Shown in pieces: positions 24,569-50,616 of a stretch of DNA of 64,000 nt. How positions within the stretch are numbered: position 1 is the stretch's first letter; every line of letters starts with the position of its first letter. The stretch comes from Chrysomallon squamiferum (lineage: Eukaryota > Animalia > Mollusca): positions 6,882,001 to 6,946,000 of the forward strand of contig CM022667.1 of assembly GCA_012295275.1 (NCBI GenBank), given 5' to 3'. Under the pieces are notes generated by a model, which saw nothing but the letters and a program-made list of their open reading frames with translations, was not told where the DNA came from and did not search any database. Both the position numbers and the translations under genes were made by a program.

Positions 24569-27500
24569 CTGCAAAAGACCATTATAATATTTTATTAATA
24601 ACTTCAGTTAATTGAATTTGTTGATGTTTTAATAACATTTTCAGTTGAATTGCTTCTGTTCACAGGGCTTCAAGGAAAATCTTCATGCTGTGTTCTGTTT
24701 GGCAGAGAATGCTGTCGGCCCAAAGTCCTTCCGACCTGACGACATATTAACTATGTATTCTGGAAGGTTAGACTTTTATCTCACACACTTGTATTACAGA
24801 GATGATACTTAGACTTTTATCAACATGATATTTAGATTTTTATATCACAAAACTTGGTCACTGGACCAGTTTTCTTCAGTGTACTGAGAAATAAAAACAG
24901 AAAAAAAGTGTGAATGTGCAGTCTAAAACGTGTTTCTCTTAAATAAATTAGCCTGGAGAATAATTTATATATTTTGATAACATAGTTCGTTCTGCATCTA
25001 ACTTACAAGTAAAACTTCATACAGAAACATTTAATTTATTCATTCATTTGTTTGTTTTTTATTTAAATATTGTTTATTTTATTTGTTTGTTTGTTAGGAC
25101 AGTTGAAATCAACAACACAGATGCAGAGGGCAGACTGGTTTTGGCTGATGGGGTGAGTTTTAAATTTAGGTCTGACTTGTATTTTTATTTTCACCTTAAA
25201 TATATAAGAAATACATTTTTTATTTAAATAAAATAATGTCAAAAATCATTCTTCATAAAAATAAATAGAAAATGAGTGTGTGTTTGTAGTGAATATAGAG
25301 CTGCATGCATGAAGGATATAACAACATAACCCAGCTACTAATTAACACACAACCATTTAAATTTTATTCATTTGTAGTTATGTGTGAGTGAATGGTTGTT
25401 GGTATGGATGCTGTCAGTAAATACATTTCAAATATCAAGTTTTGATTCTCTCAGTGATAAGTGAGAGTGCTCTTAAACAGTTCCAGAAAAAACAACTTGT
25501 AACAACATCATCTCAATGTCAGAAAGACTTAAAACAAAAGTTGTTTTTAAATCACAAGTTTGCAGCAGACTATACTTTGTTTTAAAATAGACAAACAGGA
25601 AAACAGAAATAATTTTTGTAATTTAAAAAAAAAAAAAGTGGTTATCGTGTGATGTGTCTGATATAAACTATATTTACAGGTTGTGTATGCACAGAAAGAT
25701 CTACATGCTGATGTCATTGTTGACATGGCAACATTGACTGGAGCTCAGGGAATTGCAACTGGTACAGTTATATTTACACTAAAAACACACCAGACAACAA
25801 CTGCATTATTCTTATCACCATCTTCTTTTCATTTGGTTTCGTTTATCATCCATAATTGTTTGTGTTGTGTGTTTTTTTATCTAAATGTACAGTAAATCAA
25901 AAATAGAATTTAGTTATTATTTAATTAGTGTTTTTAAATATCACAATCCATATATATGACAAATATTTTCTGAATAATGAATCAGTGTTGCTGCTGAAAG
26001 ACAAAGGTGACCTTTTTGCTGGAACTTCTTTACCTTGTGCACAACTGTGTGTGTAAATTCTTCCTTTTTCACCCTAAAATTACCATTTTGGCTGTAATTA
26101 AACATTATTTTTGTTGTCACTAAGGAGATTTCAATCCATTTTGATAATTATTTTGGTTCTTGTTAAATTCACTGTAATGTCATTATTTGTTTGGAGAATG
26201 TCTTAACTGATTTTCTTGTCACTAAAATATAATATCACTTAAGTATTTTCAGTTATTTTTGTACTCATTAACATTGATACATCAGTATTTTCAGTTACTT
26301 TTGTACTCATTAACATTGATACGTCAGTATTTTCAGTTTTTTTGTTGTCATTCAGGTCGGTATCATGCGAGTATTCTGACAAATGATGAGGATTTTGAGC
26401 TGGCCTGTGTGAAGGCAGGACAGAACAGTGGGGACCTGGTCCACCCAGTTCCGTACTGCCCAGAACTTCACTTCAGTGAGTTTGCCAGTGCCCTTGCAGA
26501 CATGAAGAATTCAGTCTCTGTAAGTTTTACTTATTTTTAAATAACATTTTAAATACTTATTCTTTTACTTCAGTGTTATTTAATAATTTCTTAAATACTT
26601 ATTCTTTTACTTCAGTGTTATTTGATATTTTCTCAAATATGGTCTTTTACTTCAGTGTTATTTAATAACTTCTTAAATATGTATCCTTTTACTTCAGTGT
26701 TATTTGATATCTTCTCAAATACAGTCTTTTACTTCAGTGTTATTTGATATCTTCTCAAATATGGTCTTTTACTTCAGTGTTATTTAATAACTTCTTAAAT
26801 ATGTATTCTTTTACTTCAATGTTATTTAATAACTTCTTAAATACATATTCTTTTACTTCAGTGTTATTTGATATCTTCTCAAATATGGTCTTTTACTTCA
26901 GTGTTATTTGATATCTTCTCAAATATGGTCTTTTACTTCAGTGTTATTTGATATCTTCTCAAATACAGTCTTTTAAATTTAAAATATGTATTCATGTTAA
27001 ATAAAATCTTTTACTTCAGTGTTATTTTTAAAAATAATGTTTTAAATATTTTTAAATAACATGTGTTAAATACAATCTTTTACTTCAGTATTTTTAAATA
27101 ATGTTTTAAGTATGTATTCTTTTACTTCAGTATTATTTAATAACTTTTTATGTAGATAGATTTTGATTTCCTTTTATGTAAGTTTATTATATTAGATTGT
27201 CATCCAATTGTTTTTATGTTTCATTTTTATTCTAAATCAGTCAGAATATCAGTATATATTAATAATATCCATTCTTGTTAGGAATAAACAGTTTAATAAA
27301 TGTGTGTCAACATGTCATTATGTTAAATTTAAAGAAAAAAATATTTGTTTTGTTTCAGGATCGAAGCAATGCACAAGTATCCTGTGCTGGTCTGTTTATA
27401 GGATCTCATCTAGGATTTGATTTTCCTGGTACCTGGTTACATATAGACATGGCTGCACCAGTGTATGTGGTATGTACTGTCTTGTTCATTTATTAACACA

Positions 27501-28072
27501 CACTTTTAAATCTGTAGCAGTCAGTCTTTATCTCAGTGACATTTCTCACTAGATTCAAATATAGACACTTGAGATGTTTCTTATAATAATGTCTAAAATT
27601 TACATACACAAACACAGATTTGATAATTAGTTCTGTACATAACAAAAATAATGATTTTGTATAGATATGAAAAGTTGATGTCTATCTACTTTACAATCTT
27701 CAACCTGAGAAAAATATTTTATTCTTAACTCCAGATGTACATAATTGCTTTATTTTATCAGCTACACTCTTTCAAACTGCTGGTCTTGTTTTAATTATTT
27801 AATGTTATTGTTGTTGTCATTTTTGATTATTTTATATTCATTGATGATTAGTGGTGTGTGCTGTACTTGAGATTCACTTGAAAGAAAGCAATGACTGTTT
27901 TTTCCTGTTCTAACAGGGGGAGCGAGCTACAGGTTATGGGGCGGCACTGTTGCCAGTGGTGTTTGGCAAGTTTTCTGACAATGCTCTGTTGAAGTCTCTG
28001 TCACCTGACATCTTCACTTCATCAATGGATGCAGGAGACACTAATTCACCTAAGAAACAGCGTCTACAATAA
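20386..28072 (+). CDS. NPEPL1: Probable aminopeptidase NPEPL1 (M17 leucyl aminopeptidase family)
   Basis: Exons 20386-20529, 21437-21619, 21967-22224, 22696-22777, 24013-24155, 24329-24406, 24666-24766, 25098-25152, 25680-25761, 26356-26519, 27359-27469, 27917-28072. Motifs SRHNTPS, GKGIVFDTGG, MKRDCGG, NTDAEGRL, DMATLTGAQ, WLHIDMA, RATGYG. Confidence 0.95.
20775..21436 (+). repeat. 36-bp minisatellite ending at the NPEPL1 exon-2 acceptor
   Basis: About 18 copies of catattgtaattattggtctgctgtttgtttttaaa; the last copy ends tttttag|ACG. Confidence 0.95.
21814..21994 (+). repeat. 62-bp triplication spanning the NPEPL1 exon-3 acceptor
   Basis: AG at 21841-2, 21903-4 and 21965-6, each followed by ATAATCTGTGAGCGCAGTGATGTTTAT. 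Confidence 0.95.
23281..23374. mobile_element. 90-bp Tc1/mariner (pogo/Tigger-type) MITE with TA target duplication
   Basis: Left end TA-CAGTGGGACCTTGAGTTA; the right end reverse-complements to TA-CAGTGGTACCTTGACTTA (18/20 identical). Confidence 0.8.
23382..24020 (+). repeat. 38-44-bp minisatellite containing the NPEPL1 exon-5 acceptor
   Basis: About 16 copies of gtaaataagttaaaatgttgatatgtttag|gtatctat; the final copy continues as the exon (GT ATC TAT GGA GTT). Confidence 0.95.
26555..27145. repeat. ~40-bp minisatellite in NPEPL1 intron 10
   Basis: Repeated cttttacttcagtgttatttgatatcttctcaaatatggt, starting shortly after the donor at 26520. Confidence 0.9.
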
Positions 28073-28164
28073 AACCTACATATACAGATTTTTTATTTTT
28101 TAGTCTTCATAAATGTTGTCAGTTTTCTTACAGTGATTGTTTCAATACTTCATCATCATCATTA

Positions 28165-28197
<33 letters not shown>

Positions 28198-28978
28198 GGT
28201 TATTACTAGTAGTATTAATTTTCTTCTGTTTGAAGTGTAATGTTTTTTACTGTTTAAAATCAGTAAACTTTGTTTCTTACTACAAACCAGGGTTTGCTTA
28301 AAATCAGTTTTACAAAGTATAAGATAAATGTAAGAACACGTTTTACCTATTTTTAATAAGTAACTGATGTAAGAGTATTCACATTTATTAGATATACCAT
28401 AACTAACCTTTTTTTTACCTTCTTTCCTTTTTCCTTTTGTTTTGTTATTTTTTTTTTTTTTTTTATGGTAAAATGAAATCTCAAACTGGCTGGCACCAGT
28501 ACTTTCATACAAAACAATTTTTCCAAAACACACAGAAGAGTATTTCTTTATTTTTGATGTATTTTAAATTCACTTGTCAGTAAAAACTGAAACATTTATT
28601 TATGACAATCTTACCAATTTTCTTTTGGAACAGTGATTCTTATGATTATGTAAACAATTTTGTGCATGTATCACTAATATATATATTTCAATATGTGGTT
28701 TATCTTAATGGATTAGCAGAAAAACGTTTCATGTGACAAGAGTTGTTTCCTATGAAAACAGTAAATAACATCACTTGATATGTAGTGAGAAATCTGATCT
28801 TCTCAGTCAGCTCTTACTACAAGCAGTCTTACTGAGCAAAACCTCATAGAAACATCAGTTTAATAGTACACATGTAGGTAAATGTTTTCTTGATAATGTA
28901 AACAACCTCGCAGTTAATTTTTTGAAAATCAGTCACCAATGTCATACATGCATAAAGTCAGATATAAACAAATATAAT

Positions 28979-29009
<31 letters not shown>

Positions 29010-30084
29010 TTTAGAAAATAATGTTTTCTCTTTTGTCTGTCATTTATTTCCAATGAAATGTGTGTGTGTGAGAGAGAGAGATTTAGGTTTTCAGGATCTA
29101 TACAGAATAAATGTGTAAGGTTTTATTATCAGAGGTCAGGTGTTACTTGTGTTGATTTATAAATGTGTGTATTTGGATTTTTGATAATTTAATTACAGTG
29201 ATTTTAGTTTGATTATTCCTAACCAAGAAAGTAAATATTACTTAAACAAAAATGTAATATAAGTAAATCATTTATCAGAATATTCTTTACATTTTTAATT
29301 CATGTATTTATTTTAATTGATTAGCAGAAACACAAAAACATAAGATAAAACCATGTTTAGTTTAATGTGATTTTTTTTTTTTTTTTTTAATCATTTATTA
29401 AATTCTCAGTGATTTTTTACAACATAGTTAATATCATTTTATTATGATTAATTATCATTTGGTACTATTTTGTATTACCTGTATTGCCAAGAAATAAATG
29501 AATAATAATGTGTTTATGAATGATGTTTTAAAGTGTGGTGATTATATGAGTTAATGTAATAAACAGGTTATTGTAACAATCAGTTTGTTGTAATGTTGGG
29601 AGCAGGTTTTTGTGTGTGTTTCTGACTTGTTTATTGATGTGTGCCATGTCGTCCACTGTCCGCGTTTCTCACTGCCTTGGCGTTTCAAACTTAAATCTTA
29701 CAATTTGTAGTACGAGCCTATTTTCGTTTTAAAAACAATATATATATAAAGATTCCTAAATCAGTAAATATAGTACCTTATTTGTGAACTTGTTAAATAA
29801 AACATTAAACATATTTTAAGTTTCATACTTGATAATGTTAACAATTTTCAAATGTTACTTGAAAAACAAAACAGACGTGCGTATTTACATATTGTGTCAC
29901 TTGTTACCTCCCTTTATTCATCGTTGATTCACGCTACCCACACTTTCTGTTTGACAGTTACATGATTAAACATCAAGACGGGTTTTAATTCATGCTGCCT
30001 TAAATGAATCATTATATATATATACATACATACATATATGTATATATTATATACACACACACACGCATATGTATATAAATAATC

Positions 30085-31376
30085 TCAAGAAGTTTGATCT
30101 TCCGTCCTGTTAATTCTTCCGTTTGCGATTGTTCTGTTAAGACTGACATCAGTACGTCGTCGGTTTATTGTCATCTCAACATTGCTGATGTTGTCGTCGC
30201 TGTAATCTGCGGACGTGATACATGCCATCGTTTTTTTCATGGATGCATTTGTGGCGAATAAATTGTCGTAGAGAACACCGGCAACGACAGCGCCAAAAAT
30301 AGGACCGAGCCAAAACACCTGAAAATAGTTAACTTGTTTACTACCATCACCTTGACAACTTTTCAAATCTAAAATAAAATGATTATAACATCAAGAACTT
30401 GGGTCTAAGAATTGTAAAAATGAAATTATTAAAAATAAAAAATGAAAATATTACTAAAAATGAAACGTTTTCCTTAAGTTAACTTTAATTAATTAGGAAT
30501 AATTATTCTGCAAATGTAAGATAATAAATAAAAATTAAAACAGATTGAAATAATTACCCAGTGATGTTCCCACGAGTCCATTATAATGGCTGGTCCCAGA
30601 CTCCGAGCTGGATTCATACCCGCACCCGTGTACTGAAACTAGAACATATTTACCTTCATACTCATATGCGTGTTTGTGCGTACATACACATCACTATTAC
30701 TACTACAATCAAATAACATTCAAATTAAAATTCATATTTGACGTTTTTGCGATGACGTCATAATACTCACAGCCCAGATGACGTTCATGACGACAACGAG
30801 GCCCATGGTGAGCGGTGTGGAGCTGCCGAGGTCAGCTCTGTGGCGGTCGTACGAAGCGAACAGGGCGAGAGTGAAAACAAACGTAGAGAGAAACTCGACA
30901 CCAAAGCCTTGTGACACTGAAATCTGTGAGGAAATTGTCGTCGATCCCAGAGTTCCACGTTTCAGTTCTGGGGTGAGTCCCACTAGGACCCCGGCCCCCG
31001 CCGTCGCACCCATACACTGAACAACACAGTAGAGAAACGTTTTCAGAAAACTCATTTTGCGGGTGCAGAACATTGCTATGGAAACCGCAGGGTTGACGTG
31101 CGCGCCGCTGACGTGGCTGAAGCACCACGTTGCTGTAGCCGTGGCGAGTCCGTAGCCGACTGCTACGTCTGAGACAGCGCGGACGTTGTCCGAGTCCAGA
31201 CTGACAGAACAGCCGCTGACAAACATCACCAGCACAGCACAACCAGTGAACTCAGCCAGCAGTTCCTGCAAGACGTGAGACGAGGAGTTCAAGTCTTTAG
31301 CTCGAAACAGAATCCTCAGTCGTCCACGCAAACTCTTCACCTTGCCAGCTCTCGAGTTTTCTTCTGTACTGGGCAT
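30085..31376 (-). CDS. Aquaporin (AQP4-like / classical MIP)
   Basis: Exons 31376-30771 (SHVSGAHVNPAVS), 30638-30558 (FQYTGAGMNPARSLGPA...WEHHW), 30318-30085 (VFWLGPIFGA...). Both NPA boxes present; GT-AG introns. Confidence 0.92.
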
Positions 31377-31774
31377 CACTGCAGCATTTGAGTAAAAAGA
31401 AGTAAAACTAAAGTCAACACGAACTGGCTCCTACCGTACACCTCTTCCTGTGTACAGTTAGGTCACGTGATTTTTATGTTTATCCGGAGTTTATCCACCC
31501 ACCCGTGGAATCTAACAGCGGACAGCTTTTCACGGTCTGCTGAATATAAATAATAACAGGATCACTCGTGTGTTGACGATGTTAACCTCAGCTGTGAAAA
31601 TGTTCATTTTACTATTATTTTATAACTTTATTTTGCAACGAGTTATAAGCAAAGAAATAATAAAAGCGAAATAAAATGTATATATATATATAAGTAAAGA
31701 CAACATAAATAAAAATAATAAATTTAACAAATGTATTAGCCTTGCAATCAGAAGTCGTTTATTTCTTTTCATTT

Positions 31775-31885
<111 letters not shown>

Positions 31886-33211
31886 TTCATTTTGGAGTGT
31901 GACCCTGTGTGTGTATGCATGTGTTCATGTGTAGGTGTGTTTGTCGAGATGAATACTGGACATTTCATCTTTGTTCTGAATAGCCTCTGCATGATTCCTC
32001 TTAGTATGTAAGTATTTATATACGTTTATGCGTAGATTTTTATGTATGTAAATAGGCAGATAGGTAGGTATATATATATATAGATTAGAAGTGATAAGTA
32101 TTTTCATTGTTTATATAATTAGGTGTTTATTTTCTGCTAAGGCCGGCGAGGACGTGTTCTGTGTTTACACTCTACATCTGGTTTGTTTGAAATTTACTCC
32201 AGGTATTCACAAAATAAACAGTGGGCTACACAGATTATTTAATACTGTTTTCTAATATATTCACTGTCACGAGTGTGATTCTCGACATTTGTCTGAATAT
32301 TTGTTCTGAATGGCCTCTGCACAACTCCCCTTAGTGTTTCGTTTCTACATAATTCATTTTCACAGTCCTGTGTGATGAGGTCTTGTCTTACGTATTATAA
32401 ACATTGATTAATGGATTCCAAAAATGCTTCTCACCCATATTCATAAATCACATACAATAAAGATTGGTTTTGTAGAGGCTTTATATTTTATTTTATTACA
32501 TACGTATGTGACAGTATGATGACACTTGTGCTGTAGTAAACTGTATGTAAGTGTGTGACGTTCTACTTTTTTTTAAAAACATATTGAACAAGTTGGTGTG
32601 ACCGTGGCTGTGTTTTTATTGCAGTAGATGTGTGACTTGCATGAATCTGGATCTAAATTAGGTAACATCACGTATTTCTGCCTACACAAACGCGAGATTT
32701 TTAATTTCTCTTTCGACCACGAACATAAAAAGACACTTGTAAAACTTTAAAACTTGTTACTGAGTATTGAAAACACAGCCATAAAACAGGACGTGGAAGA
32801 TGTCTCGACATTTCACCTTTCACACTGGACTTTACTTTATTCTTCTGTTTGACCTGTTGACCGCGGTCATAAAGCGTGTAATTTGAGATTTCTTCTATTT
32901 TTTCTTCTTTTTAACAAAACATCAGACAGTGGGGATTTCTTTTCTTTCTTGCAGATACAGGTTCAGTGTTAAATATTCATTTATTTATTTATTATTTATT
33001 ATTATTTTTTAAAATACTTTCTATATATTATATTTCTAGGTTACGTGAAATAATTATATTCATGTGACAGATTCAGTGCAGCGAAGCGAAACGAAAATTT
33101 CCGTCAAGGACGTGAATTTCGCTGTCGTCTTTTTACTGCTCAGTTTTGTGTTATGCAATGAAGAGGAGCGTCTGAACGAGTGAAACACCGAGCAGCTCGC
33201 TGGCAAACACG

Positions 33212-45039
<11,828 letters not shown>

Positions 45040-45703
45040 TTTCAAGCAACGTATCTACCATAATTCGTATCTACCAAAAACCATTTTGAAAATCATTTCA
45101 CATAGAACACTGTGTTTTCTTTACTTATAACATAATTCACGACATTATCTCCAATGTTTGACTGTGAGTATGTTTCACTTTGTGATTATATTAGTTTGTG
45201 TGTATGTGTGTGTGTTCGTATAGTCTGACATGACATATGTATGTATATCAGATTACTACTACTACTACTACTAGTTTTACTATTACAAATTATATATTGA
45301 ATTACTATTAAAATATTCAGATTTGCATACTGGTATATTTTTTAATGTAGTTTTCCTACTGTCAAATGCTCAAGAATATTCACGTGTTTAACACAACTAA
45401 AAACTAATTTACAAAAAAAAATATTTTATTTCAGAATATATATTTGTTTTACTGCACTGGATTCCTGTGTACTTCATTTCTTACTGTTAGATTGTCTCAG
45501 CCCTCTTCTCACAACACGAAATAACCCTAAAAACTCGTATAAAAATATAAATAACAGCACGAAAAAGATGACAATAAATATTATATTAATATTATCATTT
45601 TCTCTTAGGATCAGTTATGTAAATAAACTAGAAAAGAAGCCTCATGAAAACAATGTCACAAAAATGTAGCTGTCATGACTCAGTGTAACTGAAACAGTAA
45701 AAG

Positions 45704-45737
<34 letters not shown>

Positions 45738-45982
45738 TTTTTTTTCACACAACCTTTTTTAACAACATGAAAAATATTTAAAAAAATAAAATACCACAAA
45801 TAATAAAATAGTAATAGTAATAAAAAAAAAAAAAAAAAAAAACATAATAATAAAAAATAACGAAAGAAAAGATAAAGAAAATTTTTAAAAATTAAAATAA
45901 TAACAAAAACAACAACAACAATAATCAATCAATCAATCAATGAAAAATGGCACTGCAGAAAAGAAGCAGTGTTAGAATCAGT

Positions 45983-47947
45983 TCAGAGTTTCGTGACAAG
46001 GTAAGGATCAGTTTGATCATCAGCAGGAGGAAAACCGTCAATAAAAAAAAATGGCAGATTACCGCTAATGGATATGTCTTCTTCCGAAGTGACGTCAGAA
46101 TCATCTGATGACGTAGAAGGACTCTCGTACTGTTTCTCGTCACTGGAAGAATCAGAACTGCTGGAATTTCCAGCTGAGCCTTGTGTAAACATAGGAAACA
46201 GTCCGAGTCCGTCAAGTACAGGTCCGCCATCGTCCTCTTCCTCTGAATCAGACGACTCACACGAACGTTTATCTTCTGGAAATTTCTCAGCCACACTGAG
46301 GAAACTTGTTCTTCGTTTCCCATTGTTATATATCAGTTCGTCCTTCACCTTTTCGCTGTTTAACGAATCCCATCCAGAACTACGTCTAGCTTCAAAACTT
46401 GTTTTCTCTGGGGACGTCTCTGCTGCTGATGTCGTAGATCTAACGGAGTTTCTCACTGACGTGAACGTCTGAGATCGTTTGAGGATGCCGGTGTTGCGTC
46501 TGGCGAGGTTTGAGTCTCGTCTCTTGGAACTCAGGCTGGACGCTGATCTCCTGATCACTGGTCTGGGCAGGAGCGAGGCTGAGTGTCGTCTGCTGTACTC
46601 TTCCAGCACGCGCAGGCTGCGTGCGGCGGACTGACGTCGTGCTATGGCGACAGACGCTCTGTGGACAGCCTCGGACAGTCTGCGCGACACACGCAGTGTG
46701 CTGAAACAACACCAACTACTTCATCAACATCAACTACTTCATCAACATCAACTACTGCATCAACATCAACTACTTCAACAACATCAACTACTTCTTGCAC
46801 TGCGTTTATACCCACACAGTGTAAATAGTGAATACAGAAACAACATCAACTACTTCAACAACATCAACTACTTCTTATATTAAACAGTACATGTGAGTTT
46901 ATACCCACACAGTGTAAATAGTGAATACAGAAACAACATCAACTACTTCTTATATTAAACAGTACTGAGTTTATAAACACACAGTGTAAATAGTTTATAC
47001 AGAAACAACATCAACTAGTTCTAAATAACAGTACGTGTGAGTTTACACACACAGTGTAAATAGTGAGTACAGAAACAACATCAACTACTTCTTATATTAA
47101 ACAGTACGTGTGAGTTTATACACACACAGTGTAAATAGTGAGTACAGAAACAACATCAACTACTTCTTATATTAAACAGTACATGTGCGTTTATACCCAC
47201 ACAGTGTAAATAGTGAATACAGAAACAACATCAACTACTTCAACAACATCAACTACTTCTTATATTAAACAGTACGTGTGAGTTTATACACACACACAGT
47301 GTAAATAGTGAACACAACAGGAAACGTAAACATACAGAAATAACAAACATGAAAAATAAGCAGACTGACAATAAAATATTTATAATATTTCTGAGGAGAA
47401 TATAAAGTACAATATCGACATATGATCTGTTATAATTAAAACTTTTGAAAATTAAATAGTAAAATAATACTGAATTTTAACTGCTTATGAAATAAAACAT
47501 TTATAATAAAAACTTTTGAAAATTAAATAGTAAAATAATACTGAATTTTAACTGCTTATGAAATAAAACATTTATAATAAAAACTTTTGAAAATTAAATA
47601 GTAAAATAATACTGAATTTTAACTGCTTATGAAATAAATCATTTACCTTCGAGGCGCGATTCTAAGTAGAAGTTGTAAAGTAATAGTGATTTTCTCTGCA
47701 AACAAGAAAGAGTTCATCAGTGAAAACGTTAAAATATTTACCATGAAAACAGAAACAGAAGGAATCTAAAAGAAGAAATGTAAAAGATAACTATAAATTC
47801 AGTTTATAAGTTATATATATAACTATCTTCATTACTTCTTTTTTATTATTATTTTAAATTTTATTTATTTATTTATTCTAGAAATAAAAACAAGTATAAA
47901 ATTAGTAAAATCTGTAATAAAATAGATAATTATTATTGTTATTATTA

Positions 47948-47990
<43 letters not shown>

Positions 47991-50152
47991 CAGGTATTGA
48001 CTTCACCAGTAACAAATCAAAAATACATTAATTAATCAACTGGAAAAATTTAATAATATTAAGTAAAAAGTAATGAAGTGTTAAGTGTCACCTGACAGCG
48101 CAGGGTTGACTGGGAAGTATCTGGACTGCAGGTAAAACAAAAGTGACAGAAACAACAGAACCAGTGACACGATAAATTCCGTCTTCGGCCGACCTAAAAA
48201 TGGCGCCACTGTGAACGCGCCGATAATGCAGACGACAATGATCGGGATTGTAATGTTGACCTGAAATATTAGAAAAAAAAAAAAAAAAAATAAATAAATA
48301 AAAATTAATAAAATTATTGAAAGAAAAGAAAATGATTAAATCTAGTACCAATAACTGTGAAATGTGCTAAGGCAAAAAATATAGTGAACACCAAATATTA
48401 TTTCTTCAGTAAACTTGTTTGACTTTTTTCCATCTTTCTTACAATTTCGTTTTTCTTTTTTTCTTTCTTTACAATTTTATCTTTTTTCTGAAGTTATGAA
48501 AACTAATTACAATCATCTTATCTAAAAATGTGTAATTAATTAAAAGGATGCAAACAAATCGTCTGTGACTGGAACGTACTTTGTACGGACGTTTCTTTTC
48601 CTTGTTTTTCACTCTGAGAACTAAAAGCGCCAGAACCGACAGACCGTGGAAAACCCACACCGTGAAGATGAAAAACCGAACAAGAGAGTCGATAGATCCA
48701 ACTATTATCATTACTGAGGCAATCACCGCCTGCAAATAAAAGTTAGAGCTTGTAGTTCTTACCGCGGTAGTAATAGTTGCAGTAGTAGTAGTAGTAGTAT
48801 TTATGCTAATAATGTTATTTATAAATTTACCTTAGCCACCAAGGAAGTAATGTAGAATAGTAGTATTAATAATAACATTAATCGTACAGTAATAACGGTT
48901 GTTTGCTCACCAGCACTGTAATCCTTACCGGCAAACATCATTATCACGATATAAAGCCAAGCACGATAATATGAACAAGCGGCGTACAATATAAAAATAT
49001 TTATTTTATTTGAATCAATGACTTTTCTTTAAAATTCTTATAACGTAAAGTTCACTATAATCAATAAGTGAATACATAAATGCTTATTTAAATATTTTGT
49101 AATATGTTCAGTATCTTTAAAAAATGTAATTAAAATGTAAAAAATATTTTTAATATATTTAAAACACCTTTAAATTATTTTGACTATAGAGTATTTAAGA
49201 GTTTTGAAGAGCCGTGTTTCGCTGCTAATCGGAAATTTGAAAGAGTAGCCATATTTGCCCTTGAAAGCAAATATTTGTGGCTATTTTTGAAATCCTCGGA
49301 ACGATTCGAGGATAAAATTAAAAACAAAAATATGCGATGTGTGTAATGTAGAAGTTTTTATGTTTAGACAGTGAAACAGTCGTTGTGTTCAAAATAGTTT
49401 ACAAAAATCAGTAGTCATATTTTTGTTTGAAAAGTTAATAAAACATATTTAAAATTTTAGTTTAAACAAACGATTTATACTAAAATCATTTTATTTTATT
49501 TTATTTTATTTTTTAAAAAAAAAAAAAAAATAAATAGATATAAATAATAAAAAAAATACATAAATAATCAAATAATAATAATAAAAATAACTGTTTATTT
49601 TTTATTCCTTAAAAAGTAGATAAAAGAAAAGTATGTTTAATAATAATAATTAATAAAACTTAAATATATTTAGCCTAAAGTAATAATAATGATAAATAAT
49701 GAAATAAAATAAATAAATAGCTATTACAAATTCCTCTTAAGACTGAGTCTTCGTTGTTTTCGCTCTAATAACGTGAGAGTTAGCCATACAAAACGAATAT
49801 AATTATAAAAAAATCTAGATTTGTTTTGTACTTAAATATAAATATTTATATTGCGTTTTATTTATTAAAATATTTATCCAGTTCCTTTTCACTTTGTTGT
49901 ATTTATTTTTATAATCTATTTGAACATGTTTTCGTTAAGCTGTTTTAATTCATAAAACCGTCCAAGGGTTCATGCAGGTTTAAATTAAAAGTGTTTAGAA
50001 CTGGAAGTTCAAAACTTTCACGATCTTAACACCAGCATTTTAAATAATATTAAAATTAAAATTAGGTTTAAATAAATAAATAAAGTAAAGCTGAAGCTGA
50101 AAACCAATTTACGTAAACTGAGTATGTAAAACTCAATTCATTAAATAATCAT

Positions 50153-50244
<92 letters not shown>

Positions 50245-50580
50245 TTGTTTCTAAATTTATGATTAGAGTCATTCATTGAAATAATAACAAGATTTTATTA
50301 AATAATTGCATTTATAATCTGAATAAAGTGATACCTCACTCATCTTAAGTCAGTATTAAAATAATTTTCTTCACATGCTAACAAAAATAGCATGTGTTTT
50401 ATTTAACATTATAATCTATACCCAGCTATAAATTAATGAGAAACTCGTATTTGCGTTTGAAAATAAATATGCATTTTTTTGAACGCACAAATTCTGAGAA
50501 TGAAGAAAGAATTTTAAAATTAAATCGAAGCAATTTGTTTAATTAATATGGTCTTTGAATTCATTTCATGAGTTTTAACC

Positions 50581-50616
<36 letters not shown>

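Noticed and set aside
45983-45994. C-terminal TKL as a peroxisomal PTS1 signal
   Set aside because: PTS1 imports soluble matrix proteins; on a polytopic membrane protein a PDZ ligand is more plausible.
50190-50247. (AAT)n/(ATT)n perfect palindrome
   Set aside because: Two abutting copies of a microsatellite that is common throughout the window; no evidence of function.
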